64,000 bases of DNA from Prasinococcaceae sp. CCMP 1430 (GCA_013416795.1 RQSC01000004.1:270787-334786), one strand, 5' to 3'; shown: positions 1-12,957, numbered from the stretch's first letter. Numbers and translations are program-made. The notes: generated from the sequence alone by a model not told the origin.

Positions 1-606
1 ATATGAGCGCACGTGCATGCTTCCGAAGAGCAGTTTGCTCAGGACGAGCATGTCCGGGTGGTTGTGGAGAGGCAGCCGCGCGCGCGCAGGCAGCACGAAG
101 ATGCCAACGGAGAAGGCCGCACACTCGAAAACGTTGAGGTACGTGATAGGCGGCGCACGGCCGGACGCGGCGTTGCCGGGCACCCCGGGCTCACCGGGCA
201 GCGGCGGCGCCGGCAGCATGTCCTGCCCTGCTGCCTCGTATTTGGTCTGCCGCTCGTCGACCCCGTCTTTGCCACCGATGGCGCTGCCGCCGAGCTTCCT
301 CACCACGCCCATCAGCACTTCAGTCGGCGACGACGCGCGGTGCTCCGAGGGACCCAGCCCTACGTCCTCCACCTTGACGCGGTCAAGCTCGGCGGCCACC
401 GCAGCCATGGCCTTTGCGCGCTTACTACCGTCCCCGACGACGGCCGCGGCGGACGCATAGCTCGTGCTGAAGGCGGCCTCGCACGCGTCGCGCAGGCGCG
501 TGATGCGCTCCTGGGCAGTCGCCGTGTCCGCGCCATCGACGGCCTCGGAGCCCGCCGCCGCGGCGGCGCCGCCGCCTCCAGCCGTCCTCCCAAACCACGC
601 CTGCAT
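1..606 (-). CDS. PCO: Plant cysteine oxidase / cysteamine dioxygenase family protein (PCO_ADO), 5' part; runs off the window edge
   Basis: My minus-strand translation (not in the ORF track because it has no stop in the window) reads PITYLNVFECAAFSVGIFVLPARARLPLHNHPDMLVLSKLLFGSMHVRSY. This matches the PCO/ADO cupin motif with the iron-binding HxH. ATG at 606 is assumed; in-frame ATGs also occur at 720 and 936. Confidence 0.9.
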   Translation of the reverse strand, partial: MQAWFGRTAGGGGAAAAAGSEAVDGADTATAQERITRLRDACEAAFSTSYASAAAVVGDGSKRAKAMAAVAAELDRVKVEDVGLGPSEHRASSPTEVLMGVVRKLGGSAIGGKDGVDERQTKYEAAGQDMLPAPPLPGEPGVPGNAASGRAPPITYLNVFECAAFSVGIFVLPARARLPLHNHPDMLVLSKLLFGSMHVRSY

Positions 607-1006
607 GCCCACGCGTCGTGCTGCCGCCCTGCCGCCCGCTGCCACCGCCCCGCTCGCCACACCCGCCGCCGCGCGCAGCTGCGGCTGGCTCGGCGCGCCG
701 CGCCGCGCCCACACGCGCATGCACCCCCAGCCGCGGCCGGACGTGCCGCTCGGCGCACCACCCAACACTTGTTTCCCCTCCGCTCCCCCCACTCTCGCGC
801 CTCTCGCTGCTGCAGCCCTCACCCGCCCACCCACCTCCGCCCACCGCGCTCCCACCCCCTCCCCCACCCCCCCTCACGCGTGCCGCCCCAGCCGCGCCTG
901 GGTACGCTCGCCGCGGGCGCTGTGGGAGCAGCGCATGCACCGCGCCGCACCTCGCTGGCCGTCGGCCCTGGGGAAGCAGGCGTCGCCACGCAATGGTGCG
1001 TCCGTG

Positions 1007-1062
1007 TTAGGGTTTTACTGGCAACAATTTAGGGTGGGAAGTGTGTAGGGTTAGATCTAGGG
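1007..1062. promoter_or_regulatory. Cluster of telo-box-like motifs (TTAGGGTTT and variants) in the divergent PCO / TFIIA-gamma intergenic region
   Basis: Four TAGGG cores in 56 bp: TTAGGGTTT 1007-1015, TTTAGGG 1028-1034, TAGGGTT 1046-1052, CTAGGG 1057-1062. Function inferred from the plant telo-box AAACCCTA. Confidence 0.5.
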
Positions 1063-1298
1063 CATCGCAGCAAGAGGGAGGACGCGGGCGTGCGCGGTGC
1101 GCTTGGCGCCACGCGCCCTGGGAGCCGCGGCACCCACAGGGCGCGCCGTGGCCCCTGTCCACATCCGCGAGGCGTGTCGCGCGCGGGGAGGGAGGGGGGG
1201 TCGCGCTGCGCCCGCGTGCGCGCCGCACCCCCGCACGCGCGCGCGCCCTCTCGGCCCACGGCCGCCTCACGTTTTCTCTGGCAGGGAGGGAGCAGGCG

Positions 1299-2067
1299 AT
1301 GGCGCCGACGGCGGCCCCGCTGAGCATCTACCAGGCGGCGACGCTAGGTCGCACGCTGTATGAGTCGCTGCTGGAGCTCGTCACGGAGCAGAAGATCCGC
1401 CCCGAGCTCGCGGAGCGCGTGATGCAGCAGTACGACCAGGCCGTTGCGGATGTCTTCGACGAGAAGAACGGGGGCGGGGCGACCATCACGTGCGTCATAC
1501 CGTCGCGCGGCAGGAGCGCCCGCCGTCTCAGTGCCCACGCGCGCACTTGCGGCGTAGTAGAGTCGCAGAGTCGCGTGCGCGCCCCACTGTTCCCCACAGC
1601 CGCGTGTCCGCTCCACTGCGGCCGTGAGACGCGCTGCTGAGTGCTTCGCGCACAGCTTTTGCGAACAACCCTACACGCTCGACGCCTCCAGAACCTCCCG
1701 CCCGCGCTGGCCTCACGCGGCGTGCGGGCCTCGGTGACGGCACTAGCCACACCTCGTGCTCGCAACGGACGCCGCTGCGTGCGCTCACTCGCTCGCTCCG
1801 CACACGAGGATAGGAGCTGACACGCGCGCGTGTCGCCGCGGCAACCACGGCTCTCCGCTTGCGCGGGTGCGCTCCGCCCGCAGTGGAAAGCTGCACGTGT
1901 ACCGCGGCTGCAACAGTGTGTGGACTTTCTTCGTGAAGAACGCTCTCATCAAGGAGAGCGGCTCGGTGCAGGAGCTTGGCCGCGAGCCGCGTGAAATGGT
2001 GGCCGAGCTCCTCAAGGTCGTCCTTGTGGACGGCACGGGCCGGCTGCCGCCTGCAAGGAGGGGATAG
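1299..2067 (+). CDS. GTF2A2: Transcription initiation factor IIA gamma (small) subunit; 2 exons (1299-1489, 1884-2067)
   Basis: Exon 1 IYQAATLGRTLYESLLELVTEQKIRPELAERVMQQYDQAV and exon 2 GKLHVYRGCNSVWTFFVKNA match the TFIIA-gamma helical and beta-barrel parts. Intron 1490-1883 (GTGCGT...CGCAG, CTGAC branch) keeps the frame. Confidence 0.92.
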
Positions 2068-2174
2068 GGCGTGGCCTGTGTAATACCTGCGATAATTGTA
2101 CCCGGCGCGACTCAGCGCGTGCGTCCTTGGCAAGAATCGTGCGGTGCACCATGCCGTTACTCATACAAATCCCT

Positions 2175-3693
2175 TCATAGCTTCTTCTTGGCGGCGTCCT
2201 CGCGCAGCGTGACGGTGCGGTTGAACACCAACTTGCCGTCACTTGAATCCGGGTCGACGGAGAAGTAGCCCAGCCGCTCGAATTGGAACTTGTCGCCGGG
2301 CTTGGCGTCGGCCAGCACCGGCGATGCGTACGCGCACGTCACGATCTGCTTGGAGTCGTGGTCGACGTCGTCCAGCCACTTGCCACCGAGCGACTGCGGG
2401 TCCAACGACTTGAACAGCGACGAGTACAATCGCAGCTCTACCGAGAGCGGCTCCTTGCCCGGCTTGGGCTGCGCAACCCAGTGCAGCACGCCCTTGGGCT
2501 TGACCGAGCCGGGCTCGACGACCTCGACCTGGATCTCCTCAACAACGCCGCCCGCGCCCTCGGTGAAGCCCGTGCACAGCACGGGGTACGCATAACGCAA
2601 AATGGCGTGCTTGTTCGGCGCCAGGCCATAATACCCCTTGACGTCCTCCTTCTTAAAGTCCGTGCGCTCGATGTACAGCACCTTGGTGAGCGGCACCTCG
2701 TACGTGTCGGCGGCCACGCCCTTCTTCTGGGCGATGAGAGGCGGTATGCGCTGCGCTGTGCGCACGTCCACCTTATTGGCGTCCCAGTTTGTGATGACCA
2801 CGCGAAGCGGGTCCTGCACGGCCATTGCGCGAGGAGCGTTGAGGTTGAGGTCCTCGCGAATGTAGTGCTCGAGGCGCGCAAGCGGGATCACGTTGGCGTT
2901 GCGCGAGACGCCCACGCCGTGGCAGAACGCGTTGATGGCGTCGGGCGTGGCGCCGCGGCGACGCAGGCCCGACAGCGTAAGCAGGCGCGGATCGTCCCAG
3001 CCGTCGACGTGGCGGTCCATGACCAGCTGGTTGAGCTTGCGCTTGGACATGACCGTGTTGGTGATGTTGAGGCGCGAGTACTCCCACACGTGGGGCAGGT
3101 AGGTCTTGCAGTGATGGCAGAGCCAATAGTAGCTCGCCCGGCGCGTCTCGAACTCGAGAGTGCACATGGAGTGCGTGATGTCCTCGAGCGCGTCCACGAG
3201 GCAGTGCGTGAAGTCGTACGACGGGTAGATGCACCACGCGCTGCCCGCGTGCGGGTGCGGCCTGAACTTGATGCGATAGGCAATCAGGTCGTACATGTTG
3301 AAGTTGACGTTGCGCGGGTCTTGCTTCATGCGCAGAGTGGCGGCGCCCTCCGCCACCAGGCCGCGGCGCATGTCCTCGAAGAGCTGCAGGCTCTCTTCCA
3401 CGGGGCGGTTGCGCCACGGCGAGTCCGTTTTCGCGGCGCGGGACGCGGAAATCTGGTCGCCCGTCTGGTGGCACACGTACGCCTTGTCGGCCTTGATGAG
3501 CTCCACGGCGAGCGCATGCAGCTGATCGAAGTAGTCCGACGAGTAAGTCACCTTGTACGGCTCCCACCCGAGCCATGCGACAATCTCCTGGATGTGGTCG
3601 ATGTACTCCTGGCGCTCGGCGGCAGGGTTGGTGTCGTCGAAGCGCAGGTAGCAGCGCCCGCCCATCTTCTTGGCGTAGCCGAAGTCAATGTGC

Positions 3694-3725
<32 letters not shown>

Positions 3726-4541
3726 ATTGGGCTCGGGCGGGAAGCGCGTCACGACAGCCCCGCCCGTGCGCTCGAGGTGCGCCTGCAGCGTGGCCTTGTC
3801 GTTGGCGTAGCGCTCGGTCTCTCCCGTTGAGAAGACGTTCTCGGTGTGCACCTGGTTGTTGTCCGTGACCTTGGGCAGGAAGTGGAAGAGGTCGACATTG
3901 GCATTGTCCTCACCCTCGCCCTCGCCCCCCTTGCTGGTGTCCGCCTTGGGCGCCTTGGGTTTCTTCTCCTTCTTCACCTTGGGCAGCGGCGCCTCATCAG
4001 CGGCAGTCTTTGGGCCGAGCAGCGCCTTGACCTGCGCGTCGAGCTCCTCCTTGACCTCCCTGCCAAGCGCCCAGGGGTGCTCCTTCGAAACTGCGACCTG
4101 CAATTTGCCGAAGACGAACCTATAGCGCTTGGCCTCGATCTCCTCCTTGTTCGCGGCGATCTGCTTGCTCACAGCGGCCTGAATCTGCTCCTTGGTCACG
4201 ACCACGCCCACCCCGCTCGCCTCGTCCAGGGCCGCCGTGTCGAGAGGCTCGGCGCCGACCGCCTTGAGGAACTTGTACGCTGCGTCCATTTGCTGCAGCG
4301 TCTTGAGTTTCCCGTCGACGACCATGTTGATGACGTGCGGCCTGTGCACGAGCGCGTTGGCAGGGTACTTGCCCGCCACGGAGTGCAGCAGCACGCCGAT
4401 CGCCTTGTCGCACCCGCCGTCGGCGACGCCCGCTTCAGCGAGGACCTCGACGAGCTTGGCGGTCTGCTTTGCGGCCATGCTCTTGGCCTGCTTCTCATCG
4501 ATGCCGCAGCGCACGAGCACCGCCACGTCGCCGTCCGCCAT
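2175..4541 (-). CDS. QARS: Glutaminyl-tRNA synthetase, eukaryotic type with N-terminal appended domain; single exon
   Basis: TRFPPEPNGYLHIGHAK (HIGH motif), RFDDTNP, YPSYDFTHC, ITHSMCTLEF, VMSKRKL (KMSKS-equivalent), WDDPRL and C-terminal FQFERLGYF...FNRTVTLRE. ATG at 4541. Confidence 0.97.
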
Positions 4542-4775
4542 GGCCGCTGCCGTGCGCCTCGCCCGGCGCCCGCGCACCCGCGCGCGCTGTGTGGCGGTGG
4601 CGGCGTGCGCGGCCCGTCGCGCTCGCGCGCGCGCGCGCGCGCGCGCGGCCGCCGCATTTTTCCCCCGTTCGCTTTTCGCGGGCATTCCGCGCGCCCCGAC
4701 GTACGCGGCCAAGGACACTCGCCAATGCGCACCCACGCGCGGCGCGCAATTTCGGCCGCCGCGGTTCCCGTGTTG

Positions 4776-4810
4776 TTAGGGTTCATTTTAGGGGTTGATT
4801 TCAGGGTTAA
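4776..4810. promoter_or_regulatory. Telo-box-like motif cluster in the divergent GlnRS / ABCD promoter
   Basis: TTAGGGTT 4776-4783, TTTTAGGGGTT 4786-4796 and CAGGGTTAA 4802-4810, in a short AT-richer patch between divergent ATGs. Confidence 0.5.
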
Positions 4811-4953
4811 TATCGAGCGCGTGGGCGTGGGCACGAGCGCACGTGCGCACTGGCACCGCTGCGCCGGGCGCCACAGTGCTCACGCAGGGGGTTGAGGGCG
4901 GCGGAGGGTGGCGCGCGCGGCGGCGCGCGCCCGCGGCGCGCGCCGGCACCGCC

Positions 4954-7076
4954 ATGGGATCGGACGGCGCGCCTGCCGACAAGGTGCCCGCGGGGGTCGC
5001 CAGCGGTGCTACGCTCAGCAATCGTGGCAGCGCCCCATCGTCTTCGTTCGGGCTGGGGGTGGCGGGCGCATCCGGCCCAGAGGCATCGCCGGGGATACGT
5101 ACGCTGCTGCGCCGCTTCAAGAGCGTGGGCGCGCTGTACTTCCGCTCGGACCGGGCACGGAGGGCGCAACGCCAGGCCGTCCTGCTGCTGGTGCTGAGCA
5201 TTCTGAAGACGGCGGTAGGGGTCGTCTTCAGCTACATACAGAAGGGCTACATGACAGCGCTGACCGAGAAGGACGTGCCGCTCTTCTATCGGCATCTGTT
5301 GTACGTTCTCGGTCTCATCGTGGTGGCGGCGCCGCTCTACGCGTATTTTGCGTACGAGCGGGGCATGCTCGCGCTCGAGTGGCGCGACTGGCTCACGCGC
5401 CATCTCCTGGGGAAGTACTTTGCCAATCGCAAGTACTTCGATCTGCAGCGAGGGCTCGCGGGAGACCTGGACAACCCAGACCAGCGCATCTGCAACGACG
5501 TGGCCTCGTACGTGAGCGTCACTGCTGAGCTCGCCGTGGTCCTGGTCGAGAAGGTGCTAAACATCCTGGCTTTCTCGAGCGTACTCGTGTCGGTCGACGT
5601 GCGCCTGATGGTCGTACTTGTGGGCTACGCGGTCTTCGGCTCGTACGTGACCACGCGGCTTTTCGGGCGAAAGCTCATGGTCCTCCACAACAGCGCGCTG
5701 CAGCAGGCGGCCGATCTGCGCTTCGCGCTCATCCGCGTGCGCGAAAATGCTGAGAGCGTGGCATTCTATCGTGGCGAGACGACTGAGGAGCGCGGCGGGC
5801 TCGCGCTGCTTGGGCTACTCGTGGCCACGCTCAAGGAACAGGTGCTGTGGAGGCGCCACCTCACTCTTTTCACAACGTGCTACCATTTTGCGACTTTCGC
5901 GGTGCCCAGCCTGGTGACCGCGCCGCTGTACTTCGCAGGCAAGGTGGAGTTCGGCACCATCTCACAGGTGTCGATGGCTTTCCACGTGGTGATGGACGCA
6001 CTCGTACTGGTCGTCGACCGATTGGGCGAGCTTTCTGCCTTCTCGGCAGAGACGGACCGCATTTACGCGCTTTTGGGTGCGCTCGCGGCGCCGCGGCACG
6101 CCGACGGTTCGACGGGAGGCATTCTCTACGCGGAGGCGCAAACGGTGTCTATGTCCAACCTTACCTTGCGCACCCCAAACGGTGTACAGACGCTCGCCGA
6201 TGGGCTCAGTGTGCACCTACAGCCGGGCGAGAGCTTGCTCGTTATGGGCCCTTCCGGTTCGGGGAAGTCGAGCCTGCTTCGTGCCCTGGCAGCCCTGTGG
6301 ACTGATGGTGCAGGCACGGTCACGACGCCGCCGCACGAGGACTGTTTCTTTCTACCGCAGCGGCCGTACATGCCGCATGGCTCGCTCAGGGACCAGCTAC
6401 TTTTCCCTGCCAGTCTGCAGCGAAGGGTGCGTGAGGAATAGCGACTTCTTCATGCACGCGCGACTTGCTTTGCTGTGCACCCATAGCTCGCGCGCTCGCC
6501 ACCAGCGAGCGCTTCTCCGCTTCAGCGTCAACGCAGATCAACTGACTCGCGCCTTTTTGCATGGGTACGCGTACTGGCCAAACACCCACGGGTGCGCACG
6601 CGCGCGGACGCCTCTCCCCGCCCCACCTTCCGCAGGACCACGCACTGGACGGGCGCGTGCAGAACGCTGCCGAGACCGTGAGCGACGAGGACATGGCGCG
6701 CGCGCTTTCTACGGTATGCCTCACGGACCTACTCCCGCGTATGGGCGGCTTCCACGCCGTATGCGACTGGTCCGCGGTGCTCTCTGCGGGTGAGCAGCAG
6801 CGCTTGTCCATCGCCCGGCTCCTGTTGCGCCTCCCGCAGCCTAAGGCCGCCTTCATGGACGAGGCCACATCTGCGCTCGACCCTGCGACCGAGGCGGCGG
6901 TGTATGGCGCCATCAGCCGCGGGAAGTACACGTACGTCTCGGTGGGACACCGTGCGTCACTGCTCAAGTACCACACTTGGCTGCTCATCGCGTCAGGGAA
7001 TGGGCAATGGGAGCTGCACAGAACGGCGGACCCTGCCGCGCGCAGCAAGCTCGCGGACGCAGTGGGGGTGCAATAG
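4954..7076 (+). CDS. ABC transporter subfamily D half-transporter (TMD + NBD); 2 exons (4954-6426, 6636-7076)
   Basis: LDNPDQRI and LIRVRENAESVAFYRGE (EAA-like motif), Walker A GPSGSGKS, FLPQRPYM, signature LSAGEQQR, Walker B FMDEATSALD, SVGHR. Phase-0 intron 6427-6635 (GTGCGT...CGCAG). Confidence 0.93.
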
Positions 7077-7256
7077 CGATAGACCACACACCAACAATTA
7101 AAACAGCATACATTAATTAATCAACTGTGCCCACGGTGTAATAATATTCCGCATCATATCGTCGTTCACCAGATTTTCGCGCGCGTGCGCACACGCCTGC
7201 AGCCGCCCGCAGGGCACAACGCGCGCGCCGGCGACGCTGCCCCGCCCGACGCGCCA

Positions 7257-10200
7257 ATGGCGTCGGCGGGGGGTGCGACCGGCGATGCGTCCGCTCGCAC
7301 GGCGCCGCTGGAGGGATCGGTCTCGCTGCCCGCGCTGCTCGGCGCGTTCTCGCGCTCGTCGCTTGCCGAGCTCGACCAGGCGTCAACCGCGCTCGGCCGC
7401 GCAATCATGAGCTCGGACGAGGAGCGCAAGCGCGGCCTAGGGCTCTACCTGCACGGCGTGAGGCAGCGCGCGGCGAGGCTGGTGCGTGTCGGTGGGCGGG
7501 CGCGGGACGAGCGCGATCCGCCGGCGAAGTCGCGGTGCACGCGACCCCGCGGCGCCTGTGGCACGCCCGCTCCCGCGCTGCCCCCCTCGCGCCGCGCGCC
7601 CGCGCGCCCGCCGCGCCCTCGCAGTCGCTGCGCCCTCGCCAACATGCCACGCATGCATCGCCAATTCGGAGCTGACGCTCGCGCATCCGCCGCGCGTGCG
7701 CTGCGTGGCTGCGCAGCTGGCGGTCGCGCGGTGGGTGGGCACGACGACGGAGGTCGCAGGCTGTGCAGCCGTGCACGAGCGCTTGCACTCGCAACGCGAG
7801 GCGCTCACGCACGCCGCCGACCACCTCTTCTACACGCACGGCGGGCTCGAGGCATGCCGCGCCCCACTTTACGCGGTCCCCGACGCACTCACGGCGCTCG
7901 CGAGCCGCGGTGCAACCGCAGCCAGTCACGGTGGCAGTGACGATGGGAACGCAAGAAAAGGGAGCGGAGGTCCGATGCGCGCGGCACCGCGCGGTATGCT
8001 GCCCGCCTGCATTGAGGAGCACCTCCTCGGGCCTGGCGCGACGACGTCGGCTGCCGCATTTGCGGCGCGCTCGCGCCGCGCTGGCTCGCGCCGCGCGCTG
8101 CTCCTCCGCGCCGAACGCGAACTGCGCAAGCTGCTCCGGCGAGAGATGTTGCCGATGCGCGCGAGCGTCGTGGAGGTGCGCAACGGGCGCGTAGTGGTGG
8201 CCGTCGATGACGAGTTCGAGATGCACCTGGGTGTGATGCTTCGTCCACCAGCGGCGGCCTCGAAAGTTGCTGGGGAGGTTCCTGCGGATGCCGCCGCCGT
8301 CGGAGCTAATGAGGAGCAGAGATCTGCACCCGAGCAACTGCACACACCCACACCTCGGGAAGAGGGTGATCGAGAGCTCTGCTGGCGCATGCTGCGCGTG
8401 GACCTCAACGCGGGATCAAAGGCTGGCGCCTTTGCGCCGACGATCTCTGCGGCACACCGTGCGCTTTTGCTGCGGTCGCTCGACCAAGTGCTTCAGCGCG
8501 CCACTATTGGCCACGCGATCGCTCAGGCGGTGGATACACTCCACGGCGCAGCGCTCGCCCTCGTCATCGACCGCGTGGTCTTCCGACAGGCGCAGTCGCT
8601 GCGCGACGGCCCTTGGAAAGGGCAGCTGCGGGTTGAGCGGCTGACGCCATCGGCAGAGGCAGGCGCACCCAAGCACGAGCAAAAGGGCGGCGGGACGCTT
8701 GGCGACGGGGTGCGCGTGCGGTACTGGCTGGGCTCGCCAGACGCTGCTAGCGCCCTGACGCTGACGCAGGCGGGCGAAGCGTCCGAGTCGCCAGCTGTCG
8801 TGGTGTATGTCACGGATGGTGGCGACCTCGCCGCAAGGCTCGAGCCGTCTCCTGAGGAGCTTGTCGGCACTGACGGCGATGGCATGGAGGTAGAGCTGGC
8901 TAGTAGTGCCTCGTCCTTGGATATCTCGATGGCCAAGATGGATCTCATGGCGCTTCTGTCCAAGGCAATGAGAGTACACGGGTCGACATGCCTGCAGGTC
9001 CTCCAGAGCAAGCTGCGAGGTCACCCGCTCGTATGTGGTGAGGAGTCGGATCTGCAGACAGCCTCGCAAGGTCCCACAGATGCAGAGCTCACGACGCTGT
9101 CGGTCCGAGTGTGCGGGGAGGCGTTCGCCAGCGTGTCGCTCGACATTCGCACCGGACGTTTCACTGTGCGCACCCCTGAAGACGCGGCAAGCAGCCAGCT
9201 GCTCGCCACGGCAGCGCTCGACGCGGAGGCTGCGTTACGCGCAGGGAAGCGACCTCCTGCCGAGATATTCCTGCAGCTGCGCTTCCAGGGCTTGCGCGCG
9301 TGCCTTGAGGCCGCCGCAACGGCGCTGGGGATGGGCGTCGTCAGCGGCGCTGGCGTCGCGCAGGTGATTGCCCAATCCCGGGCGCATGGCTTCGGGCAGG
9401 ACGCGCTCGTGCTCTCGTTCGTGGACGCGCCTTGCTGGCACCTGGTGGTCGGGCGGACCGCACCGCACGCGTGGCCCCCCCGGATGGCTCTGCTGCGCAT
9501 CGCCACGGATACCACCTCGTCAGTGCACAGAGCACTGGTCGCGCCAGGCGTTGCGCAAATCACCGAGCTCGCGGCCGTCGAGGGCCTCGCTCTTTCAGCA
9601 AAGGGTGGAGATGCCGGCGGCGTTCCGGCGCGCTTGTTTTCCCCCGGCGTCGCGCGTCGCGTGATGAAGGCATGCGCGATGCAGTGTCGCATGCTCATCA
9701 AGGAGGCGATGCTCACGGAGCAGCTCCGCGCGCAGGACAAGAAGTTCATGTCGGCCGCTTCATTCTCCGGGGGTTGCGCAGTCGACGGGGCGGCTGGCGG
9801 GGCGCAAGGAGAGCAGACCTCGCAGGTCGGCCAGGGCAACGTGCACTTCCACTTTCAGGTGCCGAGCCCGTCGGCTGGCCCTGCGGCGCCTCCTTCGGGT
9901 AAGAACGTGGTGGTGTCTGCCAATCTGGACTCCTCCCTCAAGGCCGGCTGGGAGGTCACCCTCGCAGACGATTACTTCGGCGACCTCTGGCGAGAGCACC
10001 GCACGGCAATGGGTAGGCACGCAGCGATGAGTGACGATGCGCACGCTGCGGCTGGCGATGGCGTCGTCGCATTGACCCCCACGGGCCTCAGGTTCTCGTA
10101 CGATCGGCTTCACTCGACCAGCCTCGGGGACTTTCTCGCGCAGTGCAAGAGCGTGCTACGCATGCGCTTGCTCGTCCTCGCCCTTCACGCCACCTCCACT

Positions 10201-10749
10201 GGGAATGACGACGCCGTCCCCGCCGGCGCGCTTGAGATAAACGCTTGCGAGGTATGGCCGCAACGCTGCGCATTCACGTACAAAGGCGTGCCCGGCTCGC
10301 CAGTGTACTTCGAGGCTGTTTCCAAGATTGACGGCATCAGCATGCGCTCCTCGCCCAAGCTCCCAAGCGATCTGGATCACGTCGACCTGATGCTTAAGCG
10401 GAGGCAATACGACCAAGTGGGGGCTGCCATCCACTGCAGCGTGCCGTTCCTCCTTGCGCTGATGGCCTCCGACCTCGAAGTGGACGGCGCTGGGCCCAAG
10501 TCAGTGAGCGTTTCAATGTCAACCGACAGGGCTCGCCTCATCTTCTCCAGGCAAGTGGTCGTCGACCTGCGCCTGCTTCCGGGCGGCGCTGTCAAGCCTG
10601 AGCCCCTCAGCTCCGCGGCGGCTGCCGCCGCGAGCGCCTCGGGCCTGAGGGAGCTGCCGCTGGGCACGGTGGATCAGCGCGAGTACGCCCAGCCCGAGTT
10701 CGCAGCTCTCGTCGATGCCATTGGCACGGCGGTACAGGCGGCGCTCTAA
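7257..10749 (+). CDS. MED14: Mediator of RNA polymerase II transcription subunit 14; 2 exons (7257-7481, 7717-10749)
   Basis: The N-terminal Med14 domain is restored by splicing: SDEERKRGLGLYLHGVRQRAARL|LAVARW, then LTHAADHLFYTHGGLEACRAPLYAVPDALTAL. Intron 7482-7716 has GTGCGT, CTGAC and GCAG. Confidence 0.85.
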
Positions 10750-11160
10750 TGTAATGCATCACATCCCTCAACGGTTCCCGCAGACACCCAACAATTCCAT
10801 GGGACGCGCGGAGCGATTTTCGGGGTGGCCCCGCGCGGCAACGGGCCGCGGGCGCGTTGCGTTTCGCTTGCGTTGCCCGGCGGGACGCGCGGCGATGGGC
10901 GCGCGACAACACCGGAAAATAGCCAGGACACAGAGGCACGGAAAGGGCGGGTTTGCGCGCGAGAGCGAGAGTGTGAGTGTGAGTGTGAGTGGCGGCTGCT
11001 GCGGGGCGATGGGCGGGCTGCAGGGGCTGGGCGAGGGCTCGAGGAGGGCGAGGGGGAAAGAGGGAGGCGGACGAAGCGGGGAACAGGAGGGGGCGGGGGC
11101 TTTGCCTGCGCCGTCCCCGGCCGGAGGACGCGAAAGCACGGCCGCGGCCGCCTTGGCGCC

Positions 11161-12957
11161 ATGGGGGCGGGCGGGCCCTCGCCCGGGGGCCGCGCGGACG
11201 CGGATGCATCACCGCGGCCGCCTCGGTCCACGCCGGACATCGACAACCCCCCGTCCTTCGCCGACTGGACGGACGGTGCCCCATCCCGCCGCGTCGACGG
11301 GCTCGCGCTGCTCGCGAGCGCGGCGGACGAGGGGCCGAGCCCCACGCACGCGCGTGTGGGGAGGAGAGCATCGGCGGAGAGCGACAGCGACAGCTGGCAG
11401 CTGCGCATGTCCTCCTCGGAGGACGGCTCGGACGCAGGCGAGCGGAGGCACCGCGGGGGCGTGCACGAGAAGCATCCGCTGGATTTGCTCGCGCGGCGCG
11501 TCGAGCGGGCGCTCGCGGCGGGCTCGCGCGGCTTCGCGACCGGCGCTGCTCTGCGCGGCGGCATCGGCGTGCTGAAGCTCGTGCTGGGCACGTCGCGCAC
11601 GAAGCGCGCGCCCACGCGCCGGAGCGCGGCGGCGGTGCTCAAGGACGCGCTGCGCTTCGGCACTTTCCTCGGGACGTTCAGCGGCGGGTACGTCGCGATT
11701 GACGAAGCCCTGGAGCGGCGCTTTGGCGAAGACAGCAAGAGATGGAGGCACCTCGTCGCAGGCGTGGCGGCGGGGCCATCGCTCCTGCTCGCTGGGGGCA
11801 AGGACCACGGCACCCTCGCCACGTACCTGCTCGTGCGTGCCGCCGTGCTCGTCGTGCGCGCCGGGCTCAAGCCCGGGCGGCCGCAGTCGAAGCGGCTGCT
11901 CACGCAGCTGGGCGCGACAGCGAAGCACGGCGACGTCGGCCTCTTGTGCCTGACTGCCGCGCACATCCTGTCGTCATACATGTTCTGGCCGGGATCCTTC
12001 GATCCGGGCTACCGCGCATTCCTCGACTCGCACGGCGGGCCCGCCGGCGTGCTCGTGCGTGAGCCTTACGTTGCGATCGTGCGCGGGAGCGACTCGAGCG
12101 CGAGCGTCGAGGCGGTCAAGAGGGCGACCCAGGCGGCGGCCGCCAAAGTCGCGGCCATCGGAGGGGCGCGGGCCGGCCGGGTGGTGGCAAGACAGGGCGA
12201 CCCTTCGATGGGGCCGCCGCTCACAAGGGCCGCGCGCCTGCTCAATCCCTGGCAGCACAGCGTTGGCAAGTACTTTGCCGTCGCATTCGCCGGCGAATTC
12301 AAGCGCGCACTGTCCATGTACGCGCCCTTGTACCTCGCAACATCGGCCATCGTTCAACGCGGGCGCTGGCTGCAGTCCCCGCGCGAGCTTCTCTTCAAAA
12401 ACGCCGTGGGCGTGGGCCGCTCGAGCGCGTTCCTCGCTTCCTACGTCGCCACGGCGTGGACGGGGCTATTCGTGGCCAACGCACTGGGGGGTATGGTGCT
12501 TCCGCGCGGGTTGCAACGAGGGCTCCCCGCCGTCTTTCTCCTCACCTCCACCGTGAGCCTTGGGGGCCTCAGCGCGTTCGTGGAAGCGAAGAGCCGCCGC
12601 ATGGAACTTGCTCTGTTCTGCGCGTCGCGAGTGCTGCACAGCGTGTACGGGCAGGTACTGGGGCGCCTCGGCCGAACATGGAGTGCGCGCCTTCGGGTGG
12701 ATATATTCCTGTTTTCAGTATCGATGGGTGTGCTCACGCACTGCTACGAGCGCGAGAGAGATATCTTCCGAAGCAAGTACCTGAATGTGCTTGACTTCAT
12801 CTTCGGCCCACCGACGAGCAGCGGCCTGCGGCCGAGCGCGTCCCAGGTGTTTCAAATCTTGGAAGGGCAAGGCCTGTACTACATCCCCGAAATGGACAAG
12901 AAATGGAGGCAGCCGGAATCGCGAGGAGGGGGCGAGGAGCCCGTGGTTGGACGGTGA
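11161..12957 (+). CDS. TMEM135: TMEM135-family multi-pass membrane protein
   Basis: DALRFGTFLGTFSGGY...HLVAGVAAGPSLLL, FKRALSMYAPLY, EAKSRRMELALFC and IFLFSVSMGVLTHCYE match TMEM135/PMP52-like repeats. Start codon assumed. Confidence 0.75.
   Translation: MGAGGPSPGGRADADASPRPPRSTPDIDNPPSFADWTDGAPSRRVDGLALLASAADEGPSPTHARVGRRASAESDSDSWQLRMSSSEDGSDAGERRHRGGVHEKHPLDLLARRVERALAAGSRGFATGAALRGGIGVLKLVLGTSRTKRAPTRRSAAAVLKDALRFGTFLGTFSGGYVAIDEALERRFGEDSKRWRHLVAGVAAGPSLLLAGGKDHGTLATYLLVRAAVLVVRAGLKPGRPQSKRLLTQLGATAKHGDVGLLCLTAAHILSSYMFWPGSFDPGYRAFLDSHGGPAGVLVREPYVAIVRGSDSSASVEAVKRATQAAAAKVAAIGGARAGRVVARQGDPSMGPPLTRAARLLNPWQHSVGKYFAVAFAGEFKRALSMYAPLYLATSAIVQRGRWLQSPRELLFKNAVGVGRSSAFLASYVATAWTGLFVANALGGMVLPRGLQRGLPAVFLLTSTVSLGGLSAFVEAKSRRMELALFCASRVLHSVYGQVLGRLGRTWSARLRVDIFLFSVSMGVLTHCYERERDIFRSKYLNVLDFIFGPPTSSGLRPSASQVFQILEGQGLYYIPEMDKKWRQPESRGGGEEPVVGR

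Noticed and set aside
1180-1200. G-rich runs with G-quadruplex potential (also near 28125-28147)
   Set aside because: Such runs are frequent at this GC content and nothing distinguishes these from background.
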